From contig NC_092384.1 of the NCBI RefSeq assembly GCF_030028105.1, forward strand, positions 17,057,629 through 17,121,628: DNA of 64,000 nt, in the 5' to 3' direction. The notes under the pieces were generated by a model. It saw only the letters and a program-made list of their open reading frames with translations. It made no database searches and had not been told where the DNA came from. A program made the translations under genes and the position numbers. Positions within the stretch are counted from its first letter, which is position 1. Every line of letters starts with the position of its first letter. Shown here one piece after another: positions 26,301 to 38,199 of the stretch. This DNA is from Mobula birostris (lineage: Eukaryota).

Positions 26301-27320
26301 CTGCCCTTGCACTTAACTGGAATATACTTTAATTCAGCACCATGAAAAATCTCTGAAAGTTTACTACTGTTCCTCAACAGTCTCAACATATAGCCTATGC
26401 TCCTAGTACACCTTATCCACTCCTCCTTCATCCCATTTGCGCCTTCCATTTATAGCAGAAGATCTGTTATGTTGTGATCACTCTGTCCAGGAGGATCCAT
26501 GAATACAAGATGAGTAATTCTATTTGTCTTATTGCACAGGACCAGATCCGAGATAGCATATGCCTTTACAGGTTCAGTAACATGTTCAAGAAAACAATCA
26601 CGGATGTATTCTCTGAAGTCCTCCAAAAGAATGCCTCGACCAACGTGATTCAGCTAATCTGTGTCCAAGTTAAGGTATCCCTCGAGAACTGCTATGCTAT
26701 TCTTACATGTCTCAGATATTTCCCTGTTTATTACTTGTGCTACTGTTGTGTTATTATTCGGTGGCTTCTAAAAATCTCGCGAGTCATTTTTTTGCCACTT
26801 ACTATTACTAATCTCTACCCAGGTGGAGTCAACATTCTGCTCGTTAGATCTTATATCGTCTCTCACTATTGCCCTGATCTCATCCTTAATTAGCAACGAA
26901 CGCTACCCTGCCTCCATTAACCTGTTGCCTATGCTTCCGTATTACCTGATATCTCCGGACCTTTAATTCCTAGTCCTCAGCACCCTGCAACCACGTCTCT
27001 GTAATGACCACTATATCATAACCTTTATACTGATTTGTGCCACAAGTTAATTGACCATGTTACGAATAGTACTGGCATTCAGATACACTCACTGTGCCTT
27101 TAAAATCTAATAATCTTTGTCTCTTGTGTACTTGACCTTTCTGCACACCACGCTTGCTTTACACTTTTTAAAAATTTTGCTTTTCCGTTAACGTTATCCA
27201 CACTTTTCACCAATACTTTATCCATACTTCTTCAATTTGTTGAACTCACCCTCTGCTGTTTCGCTTAAAGCCCTGTCTATAACTCCTAAGTGGTTCGCAG
27301 GATCCAGGTCCCATCACGGT
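23310..27320 (-). mobile_element. CR1 LINE orthologous to 5107-9870, split by a Penelope element
   Basis: Same distinctive segments (gaaaagtgtggataacg..agattttaaaggcaca) and the same 3' flank as the copy at 5107-9870. Confidence 0.8.
23604..25120 (-). mobile_element. Penelope-like element, RT C-terminus + GIY-YIG endonuclease (5'-truncated)
   Basis: ORF 23998-24741: PLVLTYHP..YPCKRNKCYTC..VIYCVRCSRCGLLYIGET. Flanked by a tttctag duplication (about 23597-23603 and 25121-25127). Confidence 0.92.
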
Positions 27321-29875
27321 TCGGGTTGCAATGAGCGAATGAAACGAACCCAAGTGCAGGACACAGGCATGGAGATTGACTTAGGATGCTTACGCGGACG
27401 TGAGCGTTGAACGGCAAACAGGAGGGATCTGGACACGGAGCCTTGACAGAGAGAGACGAAGTATCATAGATAGACATTGAAACTGGAGCAAAACTTAGAA
27501 CATACAGTCCTAAGTGGCCGGGAAATTTTAATTACCACACAGGCAAAACCAACGATCTGACGACTAGTGTTTGCAACGCCGGGGTTCTCCTAATGGAAAG
27601 CAGGTGAGCTGTCATCAAAGAGAATTAGAAGCAAATGGGAAATTAACGGTCGGACCCATGACAGAACCAAAAGAAATGAGGAGAAAGGACGGGAATTAAC
27701 GACCGGGACCGTGACGGCCCCGCACCCCCCACCACCTCAACGGGAGTCTCCAGGCGAACCACCAGGCTTGTCCAGATTGTCTCGATGGAAATCACGGATG
27801 AGGGAATAGTCCAGGATGAAGGAGCGGGAAATCCAGGAGCGTTCCTCCGGGCCATATCCCTCCCAATCGACCAGGTACCAGAGGCCCCTGCCTCGGCGGT
27901 GCACATCCAGTATTCGCTGGACGTTGTACGCTGGGTGGTTGTCAATGATCCGAGCGGGTGGAGGGGGCTTGGCAGGAGGGCACAAAGCGCTGACAGATAC
28001 AGGTTTCAATCGGGAGACGGGGAAAGTGGGATGAATGTGCAGGGATCCGGCCATTTGATTCGGACCACCGAGGGGTTGATGACACTCTCAATCTCGAATG
28101 GTCTCAAGTAGCGAGGATCGAGTTTCTGGGGTTCATTCTAGAGGAGGATGTCTCTCGACGAGAGCAAAACCTTCTGCCCAGGCCGAAAATTTGGTTCAGG
28201 AATTCGATGGCGATCGGCAATCCTCCGTTTGCGGTCGGCTGAGCAGAGCAGGACCGCGCGTGCATCCTTCCAGATCTTGCGGCAGCGGCGGAGATGGGCC
28301 TGAACAGAAGGCACAGCAATGTCATCATCATGTGCGGGAAAGAGAGGGGGTTGGTAACCGCGGGAGCATTCGAAATGATACATTCCGGTGGTGGTGCTGA
28401 CCAGGGAGCTGTGGGCGTACTGGACAGAAAAGAGATGGGTACTCCAGGATGACGGGTTGTTGGCGGTTGTGCACCTCAGTAGTGATTTCAAATCCTGGTT
28501 TGCTCGTTCTGTTTGACCATTAGTCTGCGGATGGAAGTCGGAAAACAGCTTTCCTGAGGCTCCCAGGTCTTGACAAAAGGATCTCCAGACTTGAGAGATG
28601 AACTGGGGGCCCCGTCATAAATATTGTCAGAGGGAATACCTTGAAGGCGGAAGACACGATGAACAAGGAGGTCTGCTGTCTCACGGGCTGTAGGGAGTTT
28701 GGGAAGGACTACGAAGTGCACAACTTTAGAAAAGCGGTCCGCCACGGTGAGTAATGCAGTGTTCCCATGTGAAGGGGGTAGTCGAGTAACGAAATCTAGC
28801 GCAATGTGATACCAGGGGCGGTTAGGGACAGGTAGGGAACGAAGCAACCCAGCAGAAGGTCAGTGGGAGACTTTTCCGCGTACACAAACAGAACAGGCAG
28901 AGACGAACGAACGGGTGTCAGCCTCCATGGAGGGCCACCAGAAATTTCTCTTCAGAAGAGACAGAGTTTGATCGATTCCTGGATGTCTAAGAAACGAGAA
29001 GTGTGCCCCCACTGGAGAACCTGAGACCGAACGGAGTCAGGCACGAAGAGGCGATTGGAGGCTCCATTGCCTGGGTCAGTTTGAATCCGTTGGGTCTCTT
29101 TGACTAAGGATTCGATCTCCCAGGTGAGGGCAGCCACTACACAGGATGGTGGAAGGATGGTCTCGGGGATGGGAGGACCCTCCTCGGAGTCGTATTGACG
29201 ACAGGAAGCATCGGGCTTCCCGTTCTTGGACCCCGGACGATAGGTGAGTGTGAATTTGAAACGGCCAAAAAATAATGCCCAAAGGGCTTGGCAGGATTTC
29301 AGGTATTTGGCGGTTTGGATGTATGCGAGAGTCCTGTGTTCTGTCCAGACGATGAATGGATGTTCCGCTCCCTGCAGCCAGTGTCTCCACTCCTCCAAAG
29401 CGCCTTTGATGGCCAGTAACTCCCAGTTCCCTACGTCGCAGTTCCGTTCGGCGGGGGGTAGCCGGAGAGAAAAGAAAGCGCAGGGATGGATTTTTATGTC
29501 CTGGTCGCAACGTTGGGAGAGGACCGTTCCCACCCCAGAGTCGGAGGCGTCGACTTCCACAATGAATTGGCTAGAGGGATCTGGTTGGACCAGGATGGGG
29601 GCGGAGGTGAAACGCCTCCTCAGCTCCGAGAAGGCTGAGTCCGCTTCGGGGTTCCAGTGAAAAGAGCTCGTAGGAGAGGTGAGTCGAGTGAGAGGCGCTG
29701 CCACCCGGCTATAATCCCTGATGACACGACGAGTGAAGCTTGCGAACTCCAGAAATCGCCGGAGTTGCTTGAGTGTCGTGGGTTTCGGTCACTCCGGCAC
29801 CGCTCGGATCTTTTCGGGATCCGCCCTCACTTGCCTGCTCTCGATCATGTACCCTAAGAAGCTGACAGAAGGGCC
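27320..29875 (-). mobile_element. Gypsy chromovirus LTR retrotransposon, 5'-truncated (RT end, RNase H, integrase, chromodomain, PPT, 3' LTR)
   Basis: [25 protein letters not shown] (28952-29704); [17 protein letters not shown] (28488-28847); [23 protein letters not shown] chromodomain (27737-28054); purine tract near 27720-27740. Confidence 0.92.
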
Positions 29876-30498
29876 ATGGAACTCGCGTACAGGAACAGGG
29901 AGGTACTATTGCAATTGTACAAGGCCTTGGTGAGACCACACCTGGAGTATCATGTGCAGATTGGGTCCCCTAATCTGAGGAAAGATATCCTTGCCATAGA
30001 GGGAGTACAAAGAAGGTTCACCAGATTGATTCTTGGGATGGCAGGACTTTCATATGATGAAAGAGTGGATGAACTAAGCTTATACTCGTTGGAATTTAGA
30101 AGATTGAGGGGGGATCTGATTGAAACGTATAAAATCCTAAAGGGATTGGACAAGCTAGATGCAGGAAGATTGTTCCCGATGTTGGGGAAGTCCAGAACGA
30201 GGGGTCACAGTTTGAGGATAGAGGGGAAGCCTTTTAGGACCGAGATTAGGAAAAACTTCTTCACACAGAGAGTGGTGAATCTGTGGAATTCTCTGCCACA
30301 GGAAACAGTTGAGGCCAGTTCATTGGCTATATTTAAGAGCGAGTTAGATATGGCCCTTGTGGCTAAAGGAATCAGCGGGTCTGGAGGGAAGGCTGGTACA
30401 GGGTTCTGAGTTGGATGATCAGCCATGATGATACTGAATGGCGGTACAGGCTCGAGGGGCCAAATGGCCTACTCCTGCACCTATTTTCTATGTTTCCT
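29876..30498 (+). mobile_element. CR1 LINE 3' fragment
   Basis: ORF 29876-30409 (YKALVRPHLEY..RKNFFTQRVVNLWNSLP) and a (CTATTTT/CTATGTTT) tail. Confidence 0.92.
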
Positions 30499-31182
30499 CA
30501 AACAGAAATTTTTTGGTCCAACTTCTGCCTCTTCATTGGTCAATTTTGTATTCACGGAAAATGATTGTCAGTAAATCTGCATAACTATGCTGGTTTTAAT
30601 AGGATCGGCATTGTGGAGCAGCAGACGGAGTAGGCTTTGTTTCTCACTGTAGAGGTTTTACACGTAGGTCCCATAATTGACATTAATGGAGTAGCTTAGT
30701 TTGCCTTTGGGCTTTAGGTGGACGGGGAATATATTCCTCTGTGAATTTACTGAACTCTTGATTACGTTGTTTCGATGTACCCGTTTCCCAAAAGCTTTCG
30801 AGAGCTTGGCAGAGTGAACGATGCTAATTAATTATTTAAAATATTTGTAGCTATGCGTTTAAGCAGCTGCAGGATCGAAATCGGCGAAGTACGTCGGGAT
30901 GTGGTCGAAAAAAGCAAGCCGAAGAACGGGCGAATATGGTTTAATCTCGACAACGCTTCGCTTTGAATTAGATGGCTTGTGATTTGCCCTTCAACAGAAT
31001 TTGTCTACGGCTCCCTATCTCTGATCAGTTAACCCGAATCAAATTCTTCGTCTAAAAATGAGGTGGTTCAGTTGATCCGCTGTTTAAACCTATTGGTTGT
31101 TTAAAGTTGTCGAGGCTGGTTGAGGAATAGGTCAAGACGGGGAGTGGGCCTTGTGCAGGAGAAGAGGCATAACAAATACAGT

Positions 31183-32064
31183 TGTTACATGCCTCAAAGA
31201 GATCTGTGATTTTTTTTGTGAGACTGAAATAATGGTCTTTTGGATTTAATTACCTGATGTAATTTTCCCGCCGATGTGAGGGCACGTGATGACATGTGCT
31301 CCACGGGTATATAAGGGTAGACCCCCAGATGACACAGTTAGTTTTTAGTTTTTAGATCTCCAGGTAGAACGTGCTGTGTCTCCGTTTCTGTTGCGTTTTG
31401 TTTTTGTGACGCAGTTTCATTTTTGAAACGGCTGTGCGTTCTGTTGCAAGGGAAATATTTCTGGACTGGAAATTTTTGCTAGATTTGCTGATGTACCTTA
31501 TTCCAGCAGCAGTAGAAGGGAGAGTGAAGACTTTATCGAAGTACAGGACCAAAGGATTGAGAGGAGCAGGTATGTTCGGCAGCTTAACAAAGGATAGACC
31601 TTACTGAGTCTTCGTTGAAGGAGTAGCGACCTGCATCGTGAGCTAACTCTTGCCAAAAGAGATTTAGTTCATGCAAAGGTTTGCTATCTCTAGAATTTAA
31701 GGTCAGTTGTCTTAAACTGCTTATTTACTGCATCGTGAATCATTTGAACAGAACCTGCAGGAAAGTCGCGTCTGTGAAGAAATCCTTCTCCAGAGAAGTC
31801 TCTCCCAATTGAACGTATAAATCTGTTGGACTTTCGAACTTACCACTTTATGAACTATATCTGACTTTAACGTTTTAAGAACTGTTTTCGCACTTAACGC
31901 TTTAAGAACCAGTGCCGAGTGACGATTTGTTGAACAGTTGCATAGCGGTTAACTTCCGGTTAAGGTTTTCGTTTTTTAAAATCGTTTATCCGTGTTTAAC
32001 AAATGTTTGGTTGTTTTTATATAACCTGTCTCGATTGGCATTCATTGTTGCCGGTTACGTAACT
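31183..32064 (+). mobile_element. Solo LTR (TGTTAC...GTAAC) in the paralog V-C1 intron
   Basis: Inverted termini, TSD-like cagt/cagc, TATA gggtatataaggg at about 31306. Interrupts the alignment to 2930. Confidence 0.7.
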
Positions 32065-32326
32065 CAGCATATGGTTGGAAATATCAACGGTCCAAATAAT
32101 ACGTGGAGCAAAAACCAATCTCCAGGTTCACATCGAAATAATAAACAGGATAATCCGAACGGTAAAAGAGTAAATGATATTTTCCTTTTTCTTACAAAGG
32201 TGTAACGCGAATTGGTGACACAAATTCTTACCCAGGAATACCCTTTCACAACATTTCCGCAAACTTGACTTTACTTAAATTGCAAAGAGTTGAATATTTT
32301 CCACTTCCAGGAACGAAGACACTTAC

Positions 32327-32381
32327 TAAGCACAATCAGCTAAGAGCAACTTCCATATCCGAATATTTGTTGCTGACTTTT
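32327..32381 (-). pseudogene. J-like 3' remnant of the paralog V exon
   Basis: KSQQQIFGYGSCS*LIVL followed by an intact a|gtaagt donor; in-frame TAG; the V part upstream is missing. Confidence 0.9.
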
Positions 32382-32407
32382 GGCTAAACAGACCACGCTC
32401 ATTTGCA

Positions 32408-32462
32408 ACGTGGGTGTATGCAAACGTTCGGTGCGTGGCTCTTCTCGCCGCGTTTTCGCCAG
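32408..32462 (+). pseudogene. Orphan leader exon of the paralog
   Basis: 55 nt like copy 1: (ACG)WVYANVRCVALLAAFSP, start ATG>ACG and donor GT>GC. Intron similarity to 2197-2290 continues to about 32560. Confidence 0.88.
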
Positions 32463-33089
32463 GCAAGCTATTTTTTTGTGCCCATTCTACGGAGCAAAAA
32501 TGTTATAATATTATACATTTGTTACCCGCAGCAAATTTAGCCAAGCAAATATCCAGTTTGCTCACAGCTAAAAAAATGGTTTTTATACTGTTTGAAAGTA
32601 CTGACAACTAAGAAAAAAAATTCTTTGGAGGCTTAAGATTTTTAAATATTTAATTTTTGTCTTCATTTTGGAAGATTTCGGATGATTTGAATTTGATAAA
32701 AAAAATCAGATGTTAACGAGGGTTGGATTTGACAGTCCCACTTAACTCTGAAGGCCACTGTATTAATTTTCTGAAGAAACGTGTCGGACTATTCTGGAAA
32801 CCCCACGAATTGTGCAATACCTGACTATTACCATGTGCATTGCTTTATCACATAGAATCTTTCCTCAGCCATCAGGAACATTGTTATAGATTTTAAAAAG
32901 TACTTTACGGCAATTGCAAGATTTGCAAATTCCACTGTACTTGTCTTTTAACATGAAAGGTGCTCGGTACAGTCGGAAGAATCAAAGACTGGGAAACAAA
33001 ATCAAACTCTTAATTTGCAGCCATTCATCGGGCGATCGATCAAAAATCATAGATCTGTTTCACTCTCCCTGACGCTCTATGATCAGCTG

Positions 33090-33545
33090 TTCGTAAACAC
33101 AAAATACTCTGCAGATCTCGGGGTCAAAGGAACACTCACAACACTCTGGAGGAACTCAGCAGGTTGGGCAGCATCCGTGGAAACGATCAGTCAACGTTTC
33201 GGGCCGGAACCCTTCGTCAAACCTGAAGAGGGAAGGGGCAGAGGCCATATAAAGAAGGTACAGAGAGGGTGGGAATGAGAAGGCTGGTAGGTTCCAGATA
33301 AAAAACCAGTAAGCGAAAGATAAAGGGATGGGGGAGGGGAAGCAGTGAGGAGATAGGCAGGAAAGGTGACGAAGGAATAGGGGAAAGCACAAAAGGCAGT
33401 AGAAGGAGGCAGAACCATGAGAGAGGTAGTAGGCAGCTGGGAGAGGGGGCAGAGTGAAACTAGGATAGGGGAAGGGAGGGGGAGGGAAGGACCGGAAGTT
33501 GGAGAATTCAATGTTCATACCAAGGGGCTAGAGACTACCTTGACA
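33090..33545 (-). mobile_element. Penelope-like 3' fragment
   Basis: MNIEFSNFR end plus PLE terminal repeat. Confidence 0.75.
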
Positions 33546-33659
33546 GTATATGAGCTGTTAATCTCCATGTTTCCTCTATTTTTTGCGGACATCGGTTTTT
33601 TGGAATATTTTGCTGCTGTTATCCAGCAAATACTGCACTATCTAACGTGATATTTATCC

Positions 33660-35730
33660 CCATGGTCCTATATTACTTCATTCAAGTCTTTGAAAACATA
33701 GAGGATTGGATCCAAGACCAAAGGGACTTCAGCATGCTGTAGGCTTCTTATTCCCTTCTCTCAGCGGCAGCTATCCAATCAATACTCCGTCAGACCCAGC
33801 ACGTTACCTTTAGCTCTTAGTGTTCCCATTTTCCGATAATGTAGAATATTTTCTCAAAGGACCGATAAAAGGGTATTCATATCAGTAACGCAAGAGATTC
33901 TGCAGATACTGGAAATACAGAGCAACACACACAAAGTGAACTCAGCAGATCAGGCAGCATTTATAGAAGTGAATGAACGGTCAAGGTTTCGGACCCCGAC
34001 CCTCCATTAGGACTGGAAAGGAGGAGGGTAGATGCCAGAATAAAAAGGCGGTGAGAAGGAGGACAAATTAGAAGGTGATAGGTGAAGCCAGGCGACTGTG
34101 TTTTGGGGTGTGGGAGATGAAGTAAAAAACTGGCAAGTGAGGGCTGGTAAATGCAAAGAAATGGAGAATAAGGAATGTGATCGGTAATGAGAGTAGACTA
34201 TGCGAGAAAGGGAAGGAGGTGGGACACAAAGGGAAGGTTATAGGCATGTGAGGAGAAAAGATAAGAAGGCAGAGGGTGGAACAGAAGAAGAGAGAAGGGG
34301 GAGGGAATAAATACAGGAAGGAAAGTCGATGCTCATGATTGGAGGCTACCAAGACTGATTATGAGATATTGCTCCTCCACCCTGACAGGGTGTCATGGTG
34401 GCATAAGTGGGGACCATGTATCGACATGTCGGAACTGATTCGATAGGAATAAAAATGATTGGCCATCGGCAAATTCCGCATTTTACAGATGGATTGGAGG
34501 AACTCGAAAAAGCGGTTCCCCATTTAACGTCGAGTCTCACCAATGTAGAGGAGGCCGCACTAGTAGCACCGCCAACAGTAGACAACCCTAAGCAATTCGC
34601 AGCTGAAGTGTTGCCTCACCTGGACTGATTGTTCGTGGCCCTGAATGGAGGTGATGTAATTATAACTTTCAGCTTTTCTTCATCTCACAGGCAATTTTCC
34701 ATCCGTTTATATTTATATTTTTTTTATTCGGAACCAACTGGTCTTGATGTATCTTAGCAGGAGTTTGACAACATTTCAAAGCCATTTAAATAGCTATATG
34801 TCAGTCTAGAATTGAGCCAGGTTGTGAAATTAAATTCACACAGGAATGACTCTTTCTTCATAGAACGACAACCTCTTTGTTTCAGTGTACGATCTGAGAT
34901 ATATATCCAAGTATATTTCATTATTTTCTGCCTCAAATGAAAATAGCCCGCGAACATTCTCCATATATTCTCTCATGATATAACCCTTCACGCTTGGAAG
35001 ACTGTCCGCAATTGATATGGTTAAAAATTAAAACTTTTAAAATATGTTTTGTTTAACATTGTGATGAAGTTTCTCACATTTCTCTTCCCAGAATGCATAA
35101 GCCGTTCTCACGGCGGCGGCTTTCCGCTCATGGATCTCATCTAGCGGCGTAGCGTTTTCGATATCTCCAGGAGCGGCCTAGAAGGCGGGTGACCTCGGGG
35201 TACGGCCTTCTGGCTGCGGACGAACTGATTCCACGCCGGTGTCGCTGACTGAAGCTTCGCGGAAGTTCGGAACATCGAAACAGCTGTGTAATCTGCCGTC
35301 GAAATAAGCGCAGCTGTAGACTGTAACGACGAAATAACGAGCTGTTGGTCTTCCTCTCGCTATGACAGGAGGGATACGTCATCCAAACCACTTCTTCAAC
35401 AATTTCGACAGATCCTGAAATTTTTTAACAACATGACAACGATGGTCACTAGAGACTCATTGAATTACCATCTGCATTTATGAATTGAGATTTATGAATA
35501 TAGCACTGTCCTTGTATTGACGAAGTTATCACGTTGGAAGTCCCTACGGAACAGGACAGTAAAATGATATCCTCTCAGTCAAACACATCGTAAAAATTAA
35601 ATATTGCCTAACGAGAAACTAACTTCATTCTCTGTTGTTATAATTAAGTTACTCATTGCGTTACCATGAAGCTTTGAAAGTGAAATCGATTCCCGTATCT
35701 CTCTGTTTCCCTGTGGGTTGGACCACAATT
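33660..35730 (+). repeat. Direct duplicate of the tail region 15500-22570 (minus later inserts)
   Basis: cattattttctg..ttctccat.tattc.ctcatga at 18379 and 34920; matching acceptors at 18677 and 35091; caaaccactt..cctgaaa at 20720 and 35384; ccctgtgggttgga.cacaat at 22562 and 35709. Confidence 0.85.
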
Positions 35731-38199
35731 CAGTGAACGTTTAGGAGATTCAAAGATCACTTATTTGTTATTTTCTTCTTATATTGCCATCGAGTCACAG
35801 AGTCAGTCGGCCTCATGATTAGATTATCTATTTCACACAATTCTGTTATTGTTCATCTCTCCTTTCACGTCTACTAGCAAATGTAACGCCTAAGGCATTG
35901 ATAAGAATACCGGTAAAAAAACTAGCAGACACAAATTTCAATATGAAATTCGTAAAAACGTGTAACATTTATTCGTCAAAGAGTGCCCATGATGCTTATG
36001 AATCTTGTTTTTGCATCGACTGCATTAAGAAAGAACTGCCAGAAGAGGGCTTGGCGATGCAGAGTGGACGCTGGTCTGATTTCTTTCTTCGATATTTATT
36101 TATCTCAGTTTTTGACTTAGCACCTTTACTCGGTAATTCATTTCAAATCTAAGTGCTTTTAGAAACTTCAGGATGCGCTCATCGAAATCTGGACCGCTGA
36201 TGCAGATGTTGCACGAACAATAAAATTACACGATGTCTTGCTTTCAATAAGAACAATGGAATGAAAGGAGAACAATTAGCATTGCACAAATATACATGCC
36301 TTACAGAGCCGCAAGTGCTGGTGGGACTTGACATGAATGGCTAGTTCTTTAATCATATTCACGAAAGCCTGAAATGAAAACTCAATGGATATCCTGATTA
36401 GAATGCACAACTGGAAAATGAAGGAAACAAAAGAAGTAGCTTTGCAAAAAAGCGAAGCTATACTCGACTAATGAGCAATTTCTTGTAATTAACAGTAATG
36501 AATGCAACATTGAGCATTATTATTCTAAAATAACACCGCCTAAATACGATACTTTGGCTTGATGTCAACAAGAGTCAGGATCAACCAAGTTTTGTACTAA
36601 CGTTTACAACCATTTCAACATAGTAACACAATAATTCTACATTTCTGTGTGAATTAGTTCCTTCTATGGAATACTGGTCCACTCTTTCATCAGCTCCTTT
36701 TTAACCTCCTTTGAATCCAATCCTGCGGATCCCAAGTATTTCCTACATTGCTAACAGTAATTCCTGTCTTTCTCTCAGTTATCCCTCCTGTTTATGAAGC
36801 TATCTCCTTACACTTCACACTCCAGTTACAAGTTGACATCTTGCCTTGTAGAGCACTTGGCCAGCCAAGTTGCAAGCAGGACTTCTGGCTGTGTGGTACC
36901 TCTCAGCACGTTTCTTATATTAGCCCTCAACAATTTTGCCGCTGTAACTCGCAAGCACAGTCAAAGCTGTAAGCAGCATCATTTAATAATCTCAAACAGT
37001 TTGTGAGACGGATGACTGTAGTTCTACTGTAGCTACTTAGTGCGACTCTAGAACAGATTACAACAACCTTTTCTTTTTCTTTTTAGCCCTGCGGCCTTCT
37101 AACGCACTTTCATACTTGGTAACGGCCCCTGCAGCACTGTCATTCTTGCTAACGCCCCACTTAGGCACAACAGACTTCCCGCCGCCCCACAGTGCAAGCA
37201 TTTCTATCGCAAGCTAACACGAGAAAGGGGATACTATTTAAAATGTTTATTTGTCTTTCAACCAAGCTTACACAGTACCTGCACACTGTACAGCAGTTTC
37301 GATATCAATGCGATCGTTGAGCTTGATGATTTTAGCAAAAGTTGAACTATCTGGTCCTGACAGCAAAAGCCAGAAGTCCTCACGCGTAACAATGCCCAAG
37401 CGGTTTCTGTATTTATTTTGTTTTATGAGTACATGCTCCATTGCCTCTTTCAACAAGGTAGGAGGATGTAAATGCAATGTAGAACAGTTTGCCTCTTCTC
37501 CAAAGACCAGAAAACTTTGTATAACAGTGCTGCTACATACCACAAAAACCGACAGTTTTGAAAAGTATTTTTCCTTCTTTACTATTTTGAATTTCTATAA
37601 TTTCTTCGTGCAGGTTTTCTTCCTGTTCTTCCACCTTATAAAGAAACGGATTAATTACGCCGTCCAGAATTTCCAGATCGTTCAACTCCTTGAATCGATT
37701 CTGAAAATCCTTCCTCAGTGATTGCAGGTGTAAGGAGTACTTTTGCAAATCACAGTCCGTGAAAGGGAGTGCTATATTTTCCATGCAGGGAAACTGTGAG
37801 AACATTCTTCGCCTGATGTTTTGTTTAACATTTCCAAGTTTCCGATAAAAGTGGACAGTGCACTTTATCCCTGGAATAAATTGAAATTTTCACCCTGCAG
37901 TTTCATATTTATAATGTTCATTTTGCCATACAGATCGGCGAGGTGTGCCACATCTCCACGTAGAAGTTAAATCTTATTTCCCAAGCTCTTGCCGACTTTG
38001 AGCAAAAATTCGACCACAGTGTCCAAAAGATCAAAAGAACGTTCTATCCAGCAGCCTTTTGACAGCGAACGCAGCTCAGTGTGAAAAAACAAGCATTAAA
38101 ACTCTTCGTCGTTATCTTGGCATTACTGGCTAAATATTTTGCGATTTCATGGATGAGTTTTATTTTTGCTGATAGCAGATATTATAAGAATCATGCTTG

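Larger units (their letters stand above)
23150..32381 (-). pseudogene. Inverted block of a paralog of the VJ-C1 gene (equivalent to about 2616-10060), C1 exon lost
   Basis: Reverse-complement similarity: 32381-32065 vs 2616-2930; 31182-30680 vs 2930-3415; 30680-30498 vs 4170-4350; 27320-25120 vs CR1 at 5320-9580; 23600-23150 vs 9580-10060 including the unique flank. Confidence 0.85.

Noticed and set aside
33021-33092. Paralog exon candidate ending TLYDQLF (ITSM-like)
   Set aside because: It reads in phase 0, not the phase 1 of the matching copy-1 exon, and its donor is supplied by a PLE insertion.
36900-36990. Minus-strand MMLLTALTVLASYSGKIVEG resembling a serine-protease leader
   Set aside because: Immediate stop and no downstream protease motifs.
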